64,000 nucleotides of DNA, taken from assembly GCA_963782055.1 (NCBI GenBank), contig CAWAIF010000003.1, positions 2,144,001 to 2,208,000 of the forward strand, read 5' to 3'. Position numbers and translations under genes: made by a program. Of the stretch, positions 50,632 to 60,444 are shown in pieces (the first letter of the stretch is position 1; each line of letters opens with the position of its first letter). The stretch comes from an uncultured delta proteobacterium (GTDB lineage Bacteria; Myxococcota_A; Polyangia; Polyangiales; Polyangiaceae). The notes beneath the pieces were generated by a model. It was not told the DNA's origin and ran no database searches. It saw nothing but the letters and a program-made list of their open reading frames with translations.

Positions 50632-51870
50632 ATGGCGAAGGCAAGGGCGAAGGCGAAGGCGAAACCGAAGAGCGCAGGGGCGCGCGCGATCACGCTCTTC
50701 GCCGACTTCTCGCAGATCCACGTGCAGGACGACGGGGCGACGGGCGACCTCGCAGACGCGTGGACGGTGAAGGCGACCGAGGACCGCCTCGCCGTGGCCG
50801 ACAGCGGAGACATCGTCGGCATCGGGACGAGCGAGCCAGAGGACGTGAAGGTCAGTGTGGTCTTCCTGCCGCGCGCGCCGGACGCGCTCGACGGCGGCGC
50901 GGAGCACGTCACCGAGGCCAGCCTCCGCGTGCGCTCGGGGCGCGTCGTGGTCTGCGGGTGCACCGACTACCTCCCCGACGCGCGCCGCTTCCCGTGCGCG
51001 CCCGGGACGTACCGGCTGCGTGCGTCCCACGGCCCGCGCGACAGGATCCGCCTCGAGCTCTGGCCGGCGCCGCGCCGCGCGGCGAAGGTGCTGCGCCGCT
51101 ACGAGCCTCCGCCGCCGGAGCCGAAGAAGAAGGCGGCGCCGGCGACGGCGTCGAAGCTCCGGACCGCGAAGCGCGCGGCGGTGGAGGCGCGTCGCGGGAA
51201 CGTCGAGGTCGCGCTCGCGCGCCTGCAGGAGCTCGCCGACGCCGGGGACGCCGCCGCCGCGGCTTCCGTCGCGGAGATCCTCGCCTACCGCGGGGCGTGG
51301 CAGGAGATGGTCCCGTACGCGACGAAGCTCCTGGCCAACCCCGGCGCGGTCTACGCAGGCAACGTGGCCTCCGACATGGCCGCCCTCGTCCGGCGCGCGG
51401 CGCACGAGCTGGGCAAGCCGTCGATCGCGAAGAAGGCGCTGGCCGTGGTCCCGAAGGGCTTCCGTCTCTTCGGGGCGCCCCGCGAGGAGCGCCCCGACCG
51501 CAAGCGCTTCGAGGAGGCCGTGCGGGACGCGAAGACGGGGAAGCGCTTCGCCGGCAGGCCGCTCGAGCTCGCGGCGCACGTCTTCGCCCTCGCCAGTGTG
51601 TTCGGGCTGGACGACGAGATGATCGCCCGGTGGGACGCGTCCAATCCGCGCTTCCACTTCGACATGGCCGTCGACACCGCCCGCGCGCTCGCACGTCGCG
51701 GCGATCCGGCGCGCGCGTGGGAGGTGATCGAGTCCCGCATCGCCGACTGGTACGCGGTGGACTTCGCGCAGGTGGCGCCGGTCGTGCTCCTCACCGACCT
51801 GCTCCTGGCGCCGCTCATGACACCCGCGCGCTGCGAGGCGGTCCTGACGACCACGCGGTCCGGGGAGTGA
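50632..51870 (+). CDS. Two-domain hypothetical protein (ComJ-like beta domain + helical domain)
   Basis: TLFADFSQIHVQDD...HVTEASLRVRSGRVVVCGCTDY...PGTYRLR...LELWPA, Pro/Lys linker, all-helical C-terminus. Confidence 0.7.
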   Translation: MAKARAKAKAKPKSAGARAITLFADFSQIHVQDDGATGDLADAWTVKATEDRLAVADSGDIVGIGTSEPEDVKVSVVFLPRAPDALDGGAEHVTEASLRVRSGRVVVCGCTDYLPDARRFPCAPGTYRLRASHGPRDRIRLELWPAPRRAAKVLRRYEPPPPEPKKKAAPATASKLRTAKRAAVEARRGNVEVALARLQELADAGDAAAAASVAEILAYRGAWQEMVPYATKLLANPGAVYAGNVASDMAALVRRAAHELGKPSIAKKALAVVPKGFRLFGAPREERPDRKRFEEAVRDAKTGKRFAGRPLELAAHVFALASVFGLDDEMIARWDASNPRFHFDMAVDTARALARRGDPARAWEVIESRIADWYAVDFAQVAPVVLLTDLLLAPLMTPARCEAVLTTTRSGE

Positions 51871-51912
51871 CCGGGCGAGCGCTGTCTGCCCGGCGGCGCT
51901 CGGTCCTCGTCG

Positions 51913-52260
51913 TCAGTCTTCGCCCGGGACGATCGCGAGGGTGAGGACGGCGTCGCCGATGCGCATGACCGTGGGCGGACCGGCGGTCACCTGGACCTGG
52001 TCGATCAGGCCGCGGACGCCGTCGACGTAGGTGCCGTTGGTCGTGCGCAGATCCTTCAGCCACACCGCACCGCGCTCGACCGTCACGACGGCGTGGCGGC
52101 GGGCGAGGTGAGGCGAGGCGATGGAGACGTCGCAATCGCTCCCCCTCCCGATGGAGATGCGCGTGGTCGCGGCGAGGTCGAACACGAGCACCTGGTCGAC
52201 GGCCACGTAGTCCGCGGTCGGGGCGGTCGGCGCTTCAATCACGGTCAGGCGCAGGTCCAT
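51913..52260 (-). CDS. Stand-alone FHA domain protein
   Basis: IGRGSDCDV, LARRHA, DLRTTNGTYVDG, IGD. GGAG just before ATG. Confidence 0.85.
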   Translation of the reverse strand: MDLRLTVIEAPTAPTADYVAVDQVLVFDLAATTRISIGRGSDCDVSIASPHLARRHAVVTVERGAVWLKDLRTTNGTYVDGVRGLIDQVQVTAGPPTVMRIGDAVLTLAIVPGED

Positions 52261-52403
52261 CTCCACGCAGGATGCTATGCGCGCCGGCCGCGCTCCCGCG
52301 CCTCCTCCCGAAGCGGCTGCTCGACCGCCTCGAGCTCCGGATGCTCGGTCTCTCGTCGCCCTGGACCCAACCGCACGGCGGGTGAGCCTCGTCGGGGTGC
52401 GAG

Positions 52404-52871
52404 TCAGCGCCCGATCGTCACGCTCTCCTCGAAGCGCAGCCCCTCCCCGCGATACGCCCCCACCATCACCCGCCGGAAGCTCCCCACCACGCACGCCTCG
52501 GTGTCCCCCTCGCCGAACGGCTCCGGGTCCAGCTTCACCTCTGTCCCCCACCCGGCGGGCGCGAACGCCACGCTCACGCGCACCGTGCCGGAGTCCCCGC
52601 CCGTGCAGCACCGCTCCGCGTAGAAGCGCGCGTGCTTGACCGCCTTCTTCACCGCCGCGACATCGACCGTGCCGTCGTCGCTCGCGCGGATCGGCTGGAG
52701 ATCCTTGACCGCGCACTGGCGCTCCTCCTCCGCAAGCCGGCCGGCCGCGCTCGCCTCGGGGTCGGGCGTGGCGGACGGCGAAGGCGGGGGGAGCACCACC
52801 TCCATTCGCTCGTGCGGACGAGAAGAAGCGCAGCCCGCGAGCACCAGCGCCAGCCCCAGCAGAACGCGCAT
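52404..52871 (-). CDS. Lipoprotein with AgmX/PglI (TonB-C-like) C-terminal domain
   Basis: LVLAGC lipobox; RCC...GTVRVSVAFAPAG...TEACV...F. Confidence 0.65.
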   Translation of the reverse strand: MRVLLGLALVLAGCASSRPHERMEVVLPPPSPSATPDPEASAAGRLAEEERQCAVKDLQPIRASDDGTVDVAAVKKAVKHARFYAERCCTGGDSGTVRVSVAFAPAGWGTEVKLDPEPFGEGDTEACVVGSFRRVMVGAYRGEGLRFEESVTIGR

Positions 52872-52885
52872 GTGCCCCTGGTATG

Positions 52886-53740
52886 TCACGCCACGTCGAG
52901 GAATGCGACGAGCGCGCGCACGAGCTCTTCTGGACGGGTCCAGTGCATCATGTGGCCGCCCCCGGGCAGGTCGACGTGCGTCGCCCGCGCGAAGGCCGCC
53001 AGCCGGTCTGCCTCATCCGGCACCCGGTAGCCCAGCGGCCCGCCGGAGACGTACAGGACGGGGCAGGGGATCTGCCGCGCGTAGGCGGTGAAGACGGAGG
53101 TGAAGAAGGGGACGGGGGCGGTGGTGCGGTGCAGGGGGTCGAAGCGCCAGAGCAGGCCCTCCGGCGTCGCGCGCGCCAGGTGCGGCAGCCGCGAGGCGAG
53201 CACCTCCGCCGGTACGCGCGGGTGGTTGGCGCGCAGCCGTGCCAGCGCCTCGGCCTCCGTCATCGGGCGGTCCGCCTTCCGCGCCGCCTGCCCGTCCAGG
53301 CCCTCCAGCCACCGCCGCATCCGCTGCGGGCCGGCCTCCGGTGGATGATCCGGCGGGCCCATCCCCTCCAGCAGCGCGAGCGTGCGCACCGCCTCCGGAC
53401 GAGCCCCCGCGAACAGCGTCGCCACCGTGCCTCCCATGGAGTGCCCGACCAGATCGACCGGCCCGCCGGCGTGCTCGGCCAGCACCCGCGCCACGTCGGC
53501 GACGTAGTCGGGGAAGTGGTAGTAGCCGCCGCCGCTCACCCGGTCCGACTCGCCGAAGCCGCGCAGGTCGACGGCGAGCACTCGCCGGCCTGTCGCGGCG
53601 ATGCGCGGGGCGCACAGGTCCCACGTCCCCGCCGCGTCCAAGAAGCCGTGCAGCAGCACGACGGTGCGCTCCCCCGCCCCCCACTCCAGCACGCGCAGGG
53701 TGAGGCCGTTGCCGCGGGCGCGGAAGGAACGAGGACCCAT
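52886..53740 (-). CDS. Alpha/beta hydrolase
   Basis: VLLHGFLD, DLRGFGES, GHSMGG nucleophile elbow, GGHMMH. Confidence 0.93.
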   Translation of the reverse strand: MGPRSFRARGNGLTLRVLEWGAGERTVVLLHGFLDAAGTWDLCAPRIAATGRRVLAVDLRGFGESDRVSGGGYYHFPDYVADVARVLAEHAGGPVDLVGHSMGGTVATLFAGARPEAVRTLALLEGMGPPDHPPEAGPQRMRRWLEGLDGQAARKADRPMTEAEALARLRANHPRVPAEVLASRLPHLARATPEGLLWRFDPLHRTTAPVPFFTSVFTAYARQIPCPVLYVSGGPLGYRVPDEADRLAAFARATHVDLPGGGHMMHWTRPEELVRALVAFLDVA

Positions 53741-53816
53741 CGCCCCCTGATATGGCGGACCCCGCGCCCGGGTTCAACCCCGGCGGCGGCGCCGCCCTGC
53801 TATACCTGGCCCCCTC

Positions 53817-54824
53817 ATGAGCTACACCATCACGCTCATCCCGGGCGACGGCATCGGGCCGGAGGTGTGCGAGGCGGCCCGCCGGGTGCTCGACGCGACG
53901 GGCGTCCGCATCGACTGGGAGGTGCACCACGCGGGCGCCGCGGTGGCGGAGAAGCGCGGCACCACCCTGCCCGAGGAGGTCCTGGAGTCCATCCGCAGAA
54001 ACCGCATCGCGCTGAAGGGCCCCATCGGCACGCCCATCGGCAAGGGGTTTCGCTCGGTGAACGTGACGCTCCGCCAGGCGCTCGACCTGTACGCCAACGT
54101 GCGGCCGGTGCGCAGCCTGCCCACCGTGGAGCCACGCTTCGAGGGGACCGACATCGTCATCGTCCGGGAGAACACCGAGGACCTGTACGCCGGGCTCGAG
54201 CTGATGATCATGCCGGGCATCGCGCAGTCCATCAAGCTCATCACCGAGAAGGGCTGCACTCGCATCTGCGAGTACGCCTTCCTCTACGCCGAGCGGATGA
54301 AGCGCAAGCGGGTGACGGTGGTCCACAAGGCCAACATCATGAAGCTCTCCGACGGCCTGCTGCTCGACCGCTTCCGGCACGTGGCCCTCGCGCACCCCAC
54401 CATCGAGCCGGCGGAGATGATCGTGGACGCGTGCGCGATGCAGATGGTCCGGGACGCCAACAAGCTGGACGTCATCGTCACCGAGAATCTGTACGGCGAC
54501 ATCCTCAGCGATCTGGGCGCGGGCCTGGTGGGCGGCCTGGGCATCGTCCCCGGCGCCAACATCGGGGAGCACGCGGCGGTGTTCGAGGCGGTGCACGGCA
54601 GCGCGCCGGACATCGCCGGGCAGGGCATCGCCAACCCGACGGCCCTCATCCAGAGCGCGGTGATGATGCTCCGGCACCTGGGGGAGCACGGTCGCGCGGA
54701 CAGGATCGAGAAGGCGCTGACGGCGGTGTACCGCGCGGGGAAGGTGCGCACTGGCGATCTCGGGGGTGGCGCGACAACGACGCAGTTCACCGACGCGCTG
54801 TGCGAGGTGGTGTCGGCCTCGTAG
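53817..54824 (+). CDS. Isocitrate/isopropylmalate dehydrogenase family, most like NAD-dependent isocitrate dehydrogenase
   Basis: IPGDGIGPEV, LKGPIGTP, SVNVTLRQ, RENTEDLY, VHKANIMKLSDGL, NLYGDILSD, FEAVHGSAPDIAG. Confidence 0.92.
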   Translation: MSYTITLIPGDGIGPEVCEAARRVLDATGVRIDWEVHHAGAAVAEKRGTTLPEEVLESIRRNRIALKGPIGTPIGKGFRSVNVTLRQALDLYANVRPVRSLPTVEPRFEGTDIVIVRENTEDLYAGLELMIMPGIAQSIKLITEKGCTRICEYAFLYAERMKRKRVTVVHKANIMKLSDGLLLDRFRHVALAHPTIEPAEMIVDACAMQMVRDANKLDVIVTENLYGDILSDLGAGLVGGLGIVPGANIGEHAAVFEAVHGSAPDIAGQGIANPTALIQSAVMMLRHLGEHGRADRIEKALTAVYRAGKVRTGDLGGGATTTQFTDALCEVVSAS

Positions 54825-54994
54825 ACGCTAGTTGCGACGACGTGGTCCTCCGACTTCGCAGGAGCGCTCGCGCCGACTGAGCACGAGGCGCGTCGCGTAG
54901 TGCGAGTCGGGAGCGGCGGTTGGCAAGCGCGATGTGCTGGCCTACTGTGGCGAAGTGCGTGTGCGCATGGTGCGCGTGCCTGCATCGAGAGCTG

Positions 54995-56203
54995 ATGCCC
55001 GACGAGTCCGACCACGCGGCCCCAGCCGCCCCAGCCGCCGACGAGGCGCTCGCGCGCGACCTGCGCCTGGTGTTCGAGTCCTCCCCCGAGGTCTTGCTGG
55101 TCCTGCGCCCCGACGCGCCGCGGTACAGGATGGTCGCCGCCACCGACGCGCGCCTCCTCGCCACGCACACCACGCGGGAGCAGACGATAGGCCGGCCGCT
55201 CTTCGAGGTGTTCCCGGACAACCCGGATGACGTGGGGGCGACCGGTACGAGCAACCTCCGCGCGTCGCTGGACCGCGTCCTCGCCACGCGCGCGCCCGAC
55301 ACGATGGCCGTGCAGCGCTACGACATCCGCGGCCCGGATGGGACCTTCGAGACGAAGTCCTGGAGCCCGAAGAACCTCCCCGTCCTCTCCCCCTCCGGCG
55401 AGGTGCTCTACATCCTGCACCGCGTGGAGGACGTGACCGGCCTGGTCCAGGCGACCGAGCTGGGCGAGGAGCTGCGCGACAAGACGCGCGCGATGGAGCG
55501 CGAGGTCATCAAGCGGAGCCAGGAGCTGGCCGAGGCCAACCGCGAGCTGCGGGAGGCGAACGCGAAGCTCGGGGAGCTCGACGCGGCGAAGACCGCGTTC
55601 TTCAGCAACGTGAGTCACGAGTTCCGGACCCCGCTCACCCTGATGCTCGGCCCCATCGAGGACGCGCTCGCCCAGGGCGACGGCGCGGTCGGCGGCGAGG
55701 TGCTCCGCGCCGTCCACCGCAGCGCGGTCCGGCTGCTCCGCCTCGTCAACAGCCTCCTGGACTTCTCGCGCCTGGAGGCCGGCCGCCTCCAGGCGAGCGG
55801 CGGGCACATCTGGGTCTACAGCGAGCCCGGCAAGGGCGCGACGTTCAAGGTCTACTTCCCGCGAGCCGCCGGCGTGGCGGAGCTTCGGCCGTCAGAGCGG
55901 CCGCCGCCGGATTCGATCCGGGGCGACGAGACCATCCTCCTCGCCGAGGACGACGCCCAGGTGCGCTCGCTCGCCCGGAGCATCCTGCGGCGCAGCGGCT
56001 ACGTGGTCCTCGAGGCGTCGAACGGGGGCGAGGCGCTCCTGATCTGCGAGCAGCACGGCGCCAGGATCGATCTCCTCCTCACCGACGTCGTCCTGCCGCT
56101 CATGAGCGGCAGGCAGATCGCCGAGCGCCTGCGGCCGCTGCCGGCGTCGCTCACCCGCAAGGTGCGCGAGGTCCTCGACCGCAAGAACGGAAGCGGACGG
56201 TGA
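54995..56203 (+). CDS. PAS-HisKA hybrid histidine kinase relic with two in-frame internal deletions (most of HATPase; second half of REC)
   Basis: PAS (VFPDNP, QRYDI, WSPKN) and H-box [19 protein letters not shown] is joined directly to [16 protein letters not shown]. The REC domain has EDD and TDVVLP but no SGY or KP. Confidence 0.8.
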   Translation: MPDESDHAAPAAPAADEALARDLRLVFESSPEVLLVLRPDAPRYRMVAATDARLLATHTTREQTIGRPLFEVFPDNPDDVGATGTSNLRASLDRVLATRAPDTMAVQRYDIRGPDGTFETKSWSPKNLPVLSPSGEVLYILHRVEDVTGLVQATELGEELRDKTRAMEREVIKRSQELAEANRELREANAKLGELDAAKTAFFSNVSHEFRTPLTLMLGPIEDALAQGDGAVGGEVLRAVHRSAVRLLRLVNSLLDFSRLEAGRLQASGGHIWVYSEPGKGATFKVYFPRAAGVAELRPSERPPPDSIRGDETILLAEDDAQVRSLARSILRRSGYVVLEASNGGEALLICEQHGARIDLLLTDVVLPLMSGRQIAERLRPLPASLTRKVREVLDRKNGSGR

Positions 56204-56230
56204 CGGAGGGCTGACCGGGCCGACTGGCTG

Positions 56231-56246
56231 CGGCGCGCGAGTTGCA
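56231..56246 (+). promoter_or_regulatory. Possible sigma-54 (-24/-12) promoter
   Basis: CGGCGCG-CGAG-TTGCA with exact GG-N10-GC spacing, 14 nt before ATG 56261. Confidence 0.4.
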
Positions 56247-56260
56247 TTCCGCCTTGTGCA

Positions 56261-57343
56261 ATGGCCCTATCCCTCGTCTTCGCCGATGCCCCCCGGCGCG
56301 TTTACTGGGAAATCACCCGCGCCTGCGACCTCGCCTGTTTGCACTGCCGCGCAGAAGCTGCGCCCTGCGCCGACCCGCGCGAGCTGAACACGGCGACCGG
56401 ACTTCGCCTCCTGGCGCGGCTGGCCCGCGCCAACCCCAGGCCGCACGTCATCTTCACGGGGGGCGATCCCCTCAAGCGCAAGGACCTCTTCCAGCTCATC
56501 GCCGCCGCGCGCGAGCTCGGCATGGGCGTCTCGGTCTCCCCGAGCGGCACGCCCCTGCTGACGGAGGAGGCCATCGACAGCCTCCTGGTCGCCGGGGTGG
56601 AGGCCATCTCGGTGAGCATCGACGGCTCCACGCCGGAGCGTCACGACGCCGTGCGCGGGGTGCCGGGGTGCCTCGAGCGGTCGCTCGTGGCCGCCCGCCG
56701 CGCGCACCAGGTGGGGCTGCCCTTCCAGGTCAACACCCTCGTCAGCGCCGAGACGGTGGACGAGATGCCGGCGATCGAAGAGGTCGTGCGCAGCGTGGGC
56801 GCGTCGCGCTGGAGCCTCTTCTTCCTCGTCGCCGTCGGGCGCGGGACGACGCTCTCTCCCATCTCGCCCGCTCGCTCGGAGGAGCTGCTCGTCTGGCTCG
56901 CCGGCCGCGCGCGCGAGCCGGGTCTGGTCGTCACCACGACCGAGGCGCCGCACTTCCGCCGCGTCATGCGCCAGGCACCGCACGAGCCGGGCGCCACGCG
57001 TCCGGCGGGCCACGGCGCGGGGATCCGCGACGGCAACGGCGTGATGTTCATCTCGCACGACGGGGAGGTCTCCCCCTCCGGCTTCATGCCGCTGTCCGCG
57101 GGCAACGTGAAGCTGGAGGACCCCATCGCCATCTATCGCGACGCGCCGCTCTTCCGCGCGTTGCGTGACGCCGACGGCTTCTCCGGGCGCTGCGGGCGCT
57201 GCGAGTTCCGCATGGTGTGCGGCGGCTCACGCGCCCGGGCGTACGTCGCCACCGGCGACCCGCTGGCGGAGGACCCGCTCTGCACCTACCAGCCGCGGCT
57301 GGCGCGCCCGTCGGAGCCCCCGAGCGAGTCGGTCAGTCCTTGA
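56261..57343 (+). CDS. Radical SAM/SPASM protein (NirJ/AhbD-like, TIGR04053 type)
   Basis: WEITRACDLACLHC (CxxxCxxC), FTGGDPL, SIDG, TTEAPH, C-terminal CGRCEFRMVCGGSRARA...DPLC. Confidence 0.9.
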   Translation: MALSLVFADAPRRVYWEITRACDLACLHCRAEAAPCADPRELNTATGLRLLARLARANPRPHVIFTGGDPLKRKDLFQLIAAARELGMGVSVSPSGTPLLTEEAIDSLLVAGVEAISVSIDGSTPERHDAVRGVPGCLERSLVAARRAHQVGLPFQVNTLVSAETVDEMPAIEEVVRSVGASRWSLFFLVAVGRGTTLSPISPARSEELLVWLAGRAREPGLVVTTTEAPHFRRVMRQAPHEPGATRPAGHGAGIRDGNGVMFISHDGEVSPSGFMPLSAGNVKLEDPIAIYRDAPLFRALRDADGFSGRCGRCEFRMVCGGSRARAYVATGDPLAEDPLCTYQPRLARPSEPPSESVSP

Positions 57344-58484
57344 GCAGGTAGTAGAAGACCAGCACCATCACCGCCATGATGCCGAAGGCGACCGCCATCT
57401 GAAGCGGTCGCGACTTCATCTCCTCCGGCGTGGCGGGGGTTGGCTCGGGGATCGCCAGATCGTCGTCGTCGTCCTTCTTCGCGGCCGGCGCGGCCTCGCC
57501 CGCCTTCCCCTCGGCGGCCGGGGCGGCCTCCTTCGCCGCGGGGTCGGCGGCGGCCGCCGCGGCCGCCTTCCGCCGGGCCTGGCCCTGCGGCACCGTCGTC
57601 TTGGTGGCTTCGGCGCCCGGGCCCTCCTTCATGATCTCGAAGGTCTGCGTCACGCTCTCGGCGTCCTGCGGCGGTCGCAGATCGTCCCCGCTCAGCTCGG
57701 CGAGGACCACCGTCACGTTGTCCTCGCCCCCGCGCTCGTTGGCGAGCTCGATGAGCTTGCGGCACGCCGCCTCCAGCGAGGGCGAGTCGCAGATGACCTC
57801 GCGCATCTCCTCCGGGCTGACCTTGTTGGACAGGCCGTCGGAGCAGAGGAGCAGGCGGTCGTTGCGCCGCAGCGCCAGCTTGCCGAGGGCGGTGGCGACG
57901 TTCTTCTGCTGCCCCATCGCCTGCAGGATGATGTTCTTGTGGGGGTAGTTCTTCGCCTCTTCCTCCGACATCGCCCCGGCGTCGACCAGGAGCTGCACGA
58001 AGCTCTGGTCCTTCGTCATCTGGCGCATGCGCCGGCCGCGCAGCAGGTACGCGCGCGAGTCGCCCACCTCGGCGATGTAGGCGGTGTCGCCGTGGACGTA
58101 GACCGCGGTCAGGGTCGCCCCCATGCCCTTCTTGGACGGGTCCTTCGCCGCCGAGAGGACCTCCTCGTTGGCGGTGGTGACGGCGTCCTCGACCGCCTTG
58201 GCGATGGCCGCCTTGCCCTCCGCGCTGTCCGGCGCCTTCTCCGCCAGCACGCGACGCAGCGTCTCCACGACGAGCGCGCTCGCCACCTCGCCCGCGGCCT
58301 CGCCGCCCATGCCGTCGGAGACCGCGACGAGGATGCCGCGGTCGCGGACGTCGAAGGACTCGGCGTTCTCGGCGCCCAGCTCCTTGGAGTCGCGGTTGAG
58401 GTCCGCCACGACGAAGGCGTCCTCGTTGTTGGTGCGCACCTTGCCGACGTCGGTGCCTGCTGCCACTGCGAGCTTGACCGCCAT
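57333..58484 (-). CDS. PP2C-type Ser/Thr phosphatase (Stp1/IreP-like) with C-terminal TM
   Basis: TDVGKVRTNNED, VSDGMGG, GEVAS, MGATLT, VGDSRAY, LLCSDGL, GGEDNVT. Confidence 0.95.
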   Translation of the reverse strand: MAVKLAVAAGTDVGKVRTNNEDAFVVADLNRDSKELGAENAESFDVRDRGILVAVSDGMGGEAAGEVASALVVETLRRVLAEKAPDSAEGKAAIAKAVEDAVTTANEEVLSAAKDPSKKGMGATLTAVYVHGDTAYIAEVGDSRAYLLRGRRMRQMTKDQSFVQLLVDAGAMSEEEAKNYPHKNIILQAMGQQKNVATALGKLALRRNDRLLLCSDGLSNKVSPEEMREVICDSPSLEAACRKLIELANERGGEDNVTVVLAELSGDDLRPPQDAESVTQTFEIMKEGPGAEATKTTVPQGQARRKAAAAAAADPAAKEAAPAAEGKAGEAAPAAKKDDDDDLAIPEPTPATPEEMKSRPLQMAVAFGIMAVMVLVFYYLLKD

Positions 58485-58498
58485 GCTCTGTTCCCCTC

Positions 58499-58864
58499 TC
58501 ACTCCGACGCGGCGTCGCTCGCGCCCGCGTCGTTGCCGCCGGCGTCGCCGCCCGAGCCGCACGGATCTCCCGGCACGATACCGCCCGTCGCCACGCAGCC
58601 GCACTGATCGGCCAGGATGGTGTCGCTGGGGCAGGACCAGACGCCCGCTTCGGCGTCGCATTGCGGGGGCGTGGCGCTGATGGCGCACGCCTTCCCGGGG
58701 GCGCCCTGCTTGCAGATGATGTTGGCGCTGCCGCAGGGGCCCTGGGCGTCCGCGACGGTGGCGGCATCCCCGCCGGCGTCGGCGTCGATGGTCGTGGAGT
58801 CGTCCCCGCTGCAGGCGGCGACGAGCCCGACCGCGGCGAGACCCAGGAGCGCGTGGCGCAGCAT
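58499..58864 (-). CDS. Small Cys-rich lipoprotein
   Basis: LVAAC lipobox, DAG linkers flanking a Cys-rich core (PQCD...WSCP...CGC). Confidence 0.75.
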   Translation of the reverse strand: MLRHALLGLAAVGLVAACSGDDSTTIDADAGGDAATVADAQGPCGSANIICKQGAPGKACAISATPPQCDAEAGVWSCPSDTILADQCGCVATGGIVPGDPCGSGGDAGGNDAGASDAASE

Positions 58865-58911
58865 GGGAACGACGATAGCCGAAGCTCGGCGGGAAGCCGA
58901 GACCTGTGCGC

Positions 58912-60444
58912 CTAGTAGCTGAGGGCTTCCCGCGCGGCGTTCGCCACGTCGGGGAAGGGGCACTGGCCGATCTGCGTCAGGAGCGCCTTGGCCTGCTTGT
59001 TGTCGCTGTGGTGCCGGGCGCCGTTCAGGACCGCCCACATGGTGCTCTCGTCGGCCTGGGCCATGCGGGCGCGGTAGTAGGCCACCGCCTGCTCGGCGGG
59101 CATGAGGGCGGCCATCGCGCCCAGGGCGTCCTTGCGGACGTCGACGGAGGGATCCTGCTCCGCCATGTGCTGGGCGATCGGCAGCAGCTGCGGCATGCGC
59201 GACATGTTGTTGAACTCGAAGGCGACGGCGCGCCGCACCTCCTCGTCGCCGTCCTGCACGAGCTTCTGGAGGATGCCCCAGACGCGCTGCATCGCCACGG
59301 GCGGCATGTTGGAGAGGTTGCGCGCGATCTCCCGGCGCACCTCCGGGTTCGGGTTCTGCGCGTGCTTGTCGTAGACGGCCAGCGTCAGCTCGGCCATCCC
59401 GTGGTGGTGGGCGAAGGCGAGGGTCGACATGCACTGCGCCTGCACCGCCGGGCTGGTGTCGCCGTCGGCGATGTTGGCCACCCAGTAGGCGAGCTGCTGG
59501 TCGTCGTCGTAGCAGGACAGGGCGCTCACCGCGGAGCGGCGCACCTCCGGGGAGGAGTCCTGCGCCAGGGCGACGAGCAGCTCGCGCTTGCCCTGGAACT
59601 TCTCGGCGGCGTTGAAGCGCAGGTTGGACGCCACCTTCTCGCGGACGTCGGCGCTGGTGCTCTGCGCGAGCTGCTGCACCAGCTGCAGCGCGCCCTCCTC
59701 GGCGAACTTGCAGGCGGCGACGATGACCTGCTCGAAGGTCTCCTCGTCCAGGCCGGGGGTGTTGGCCACGGCGTACAGGGTCTGCAGGTGCTCCGGGCGG
59801 ACGCGGTTGTCGACCAGGTTGGCCCAGGCCTCGAGCGCCTTGCGCCGCACCTCCACGGTGCCGTTCTGCATGTGCCAGGCGATGACCTGCTCGGCCTCCA
59901 TCAGCTCGCTGCCCTCGGAGTAGCAGGCGAGGAAGAAGTCGTAGAGCGCGCTCTTGGTGGTCTCCTCGTCGCCGCCGCGCAGGCCTGGGAAGCGCGAGTA
60001 GATCTCCTCGAGCGGGATGTGGTGGTTGGGGTTCTTGGAGGCCTCGATGACGCGCAGCTCGGCCGACGCGCTCGGGTCCTTCACGCCGGGGATGTCGGCG
60101 ACGGCGGACACCTGGAAGCTGACGTTGTGCGCCGTGGGCGGCAGGTCCGAGGGCACCGTGATGCGGAAGGCCAGCGTCTGCTGCGACCCGGGCGGGATGT
60201 CGGTGCCCGCCGCGACGACCTGCTTGGCGGCCTCGCGCATGTCGATGTTGGGGAGCGCGGAGTCCGGGTTGGTCGTCGTCTGGACGAACATCAGCCGGAC
60301 GGCCAGCTCGGTCAGGCGCAGGGGCTTGGTCCCGCCCACGAGCGTCACGCGGCCGCCCACCACACTCCCGGGGGAGCTGGTGGTGGTGTCGAGGACGATC
60401 TGCACGCTGGTTCCACCGCCAAACATCGAGTCGAGAAGTCCCAT
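58912..60444 (-). CDS. Spo0M/arrestin-like N-terminal domain fused to HEAT repeats
   Basis: FGGGTSVQIVLD...PGSVVGGRVTLVGG...FRITVPSDLPPT...ADIPGVKDP, then repeated D.S.EVRR.A units. Confidence 0.8.
   Translation of the reverse strand: MGLLDSMFGGGTSVQIVLDTTTSSPGSVVGGRVTLVGGTKPLRLTELAVRLMFVQTTTNPDSALPNIDMREAAKQVVAAGTDIPPGSQQTLAFRITVPSDLPPTAHNVSFQVSAVADIPGVKDPSASAELRVIEASKNPNHHIPLEEIYSRFPGLRGGDEETTKSALYDFFLACYSEGSELMEAEQVIAWHMQNGTVEVRRKALEAWANLVDNRVRPEHLQTLYAVANTPGLDEETFEQVIVAACKFAEEGALQLVQQLAQSTSADVREKVASNLRFNAAEKFQGKRELLVALAQDSSPEVRRSAVSALSCYDDDQQLAYWVANIADGDTSPAVQAQCMSTLAFAHHHGMAELTLAVYDKHAQNPNPEVRREIARNLSNMPPVAMQRVWGILQKLVQDGDEEVRRAVAFEFNNMSRMPQLLPIAQHMAEQDPSVDVRKDALGAMAALMPAEQAVAYYRARMAQADESTMWAVLNGARHHSDNKQAKALLTQIGQCPFPDVANAAREALSY

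Noticed and set aside
54918..54940. Sigma-54 promoter TTGGCAAG... upstream of the kinase relic
   Set aside because: The GG-N10-GC spacing is not satisfied.
56261..57343. RiPP cluster around the radical SAM/SPASM gene
   Set aside because: No adjacent precursor peptide, RRE/PqqD or transporter. The motifs fit the NirJ/AhbD-like family.
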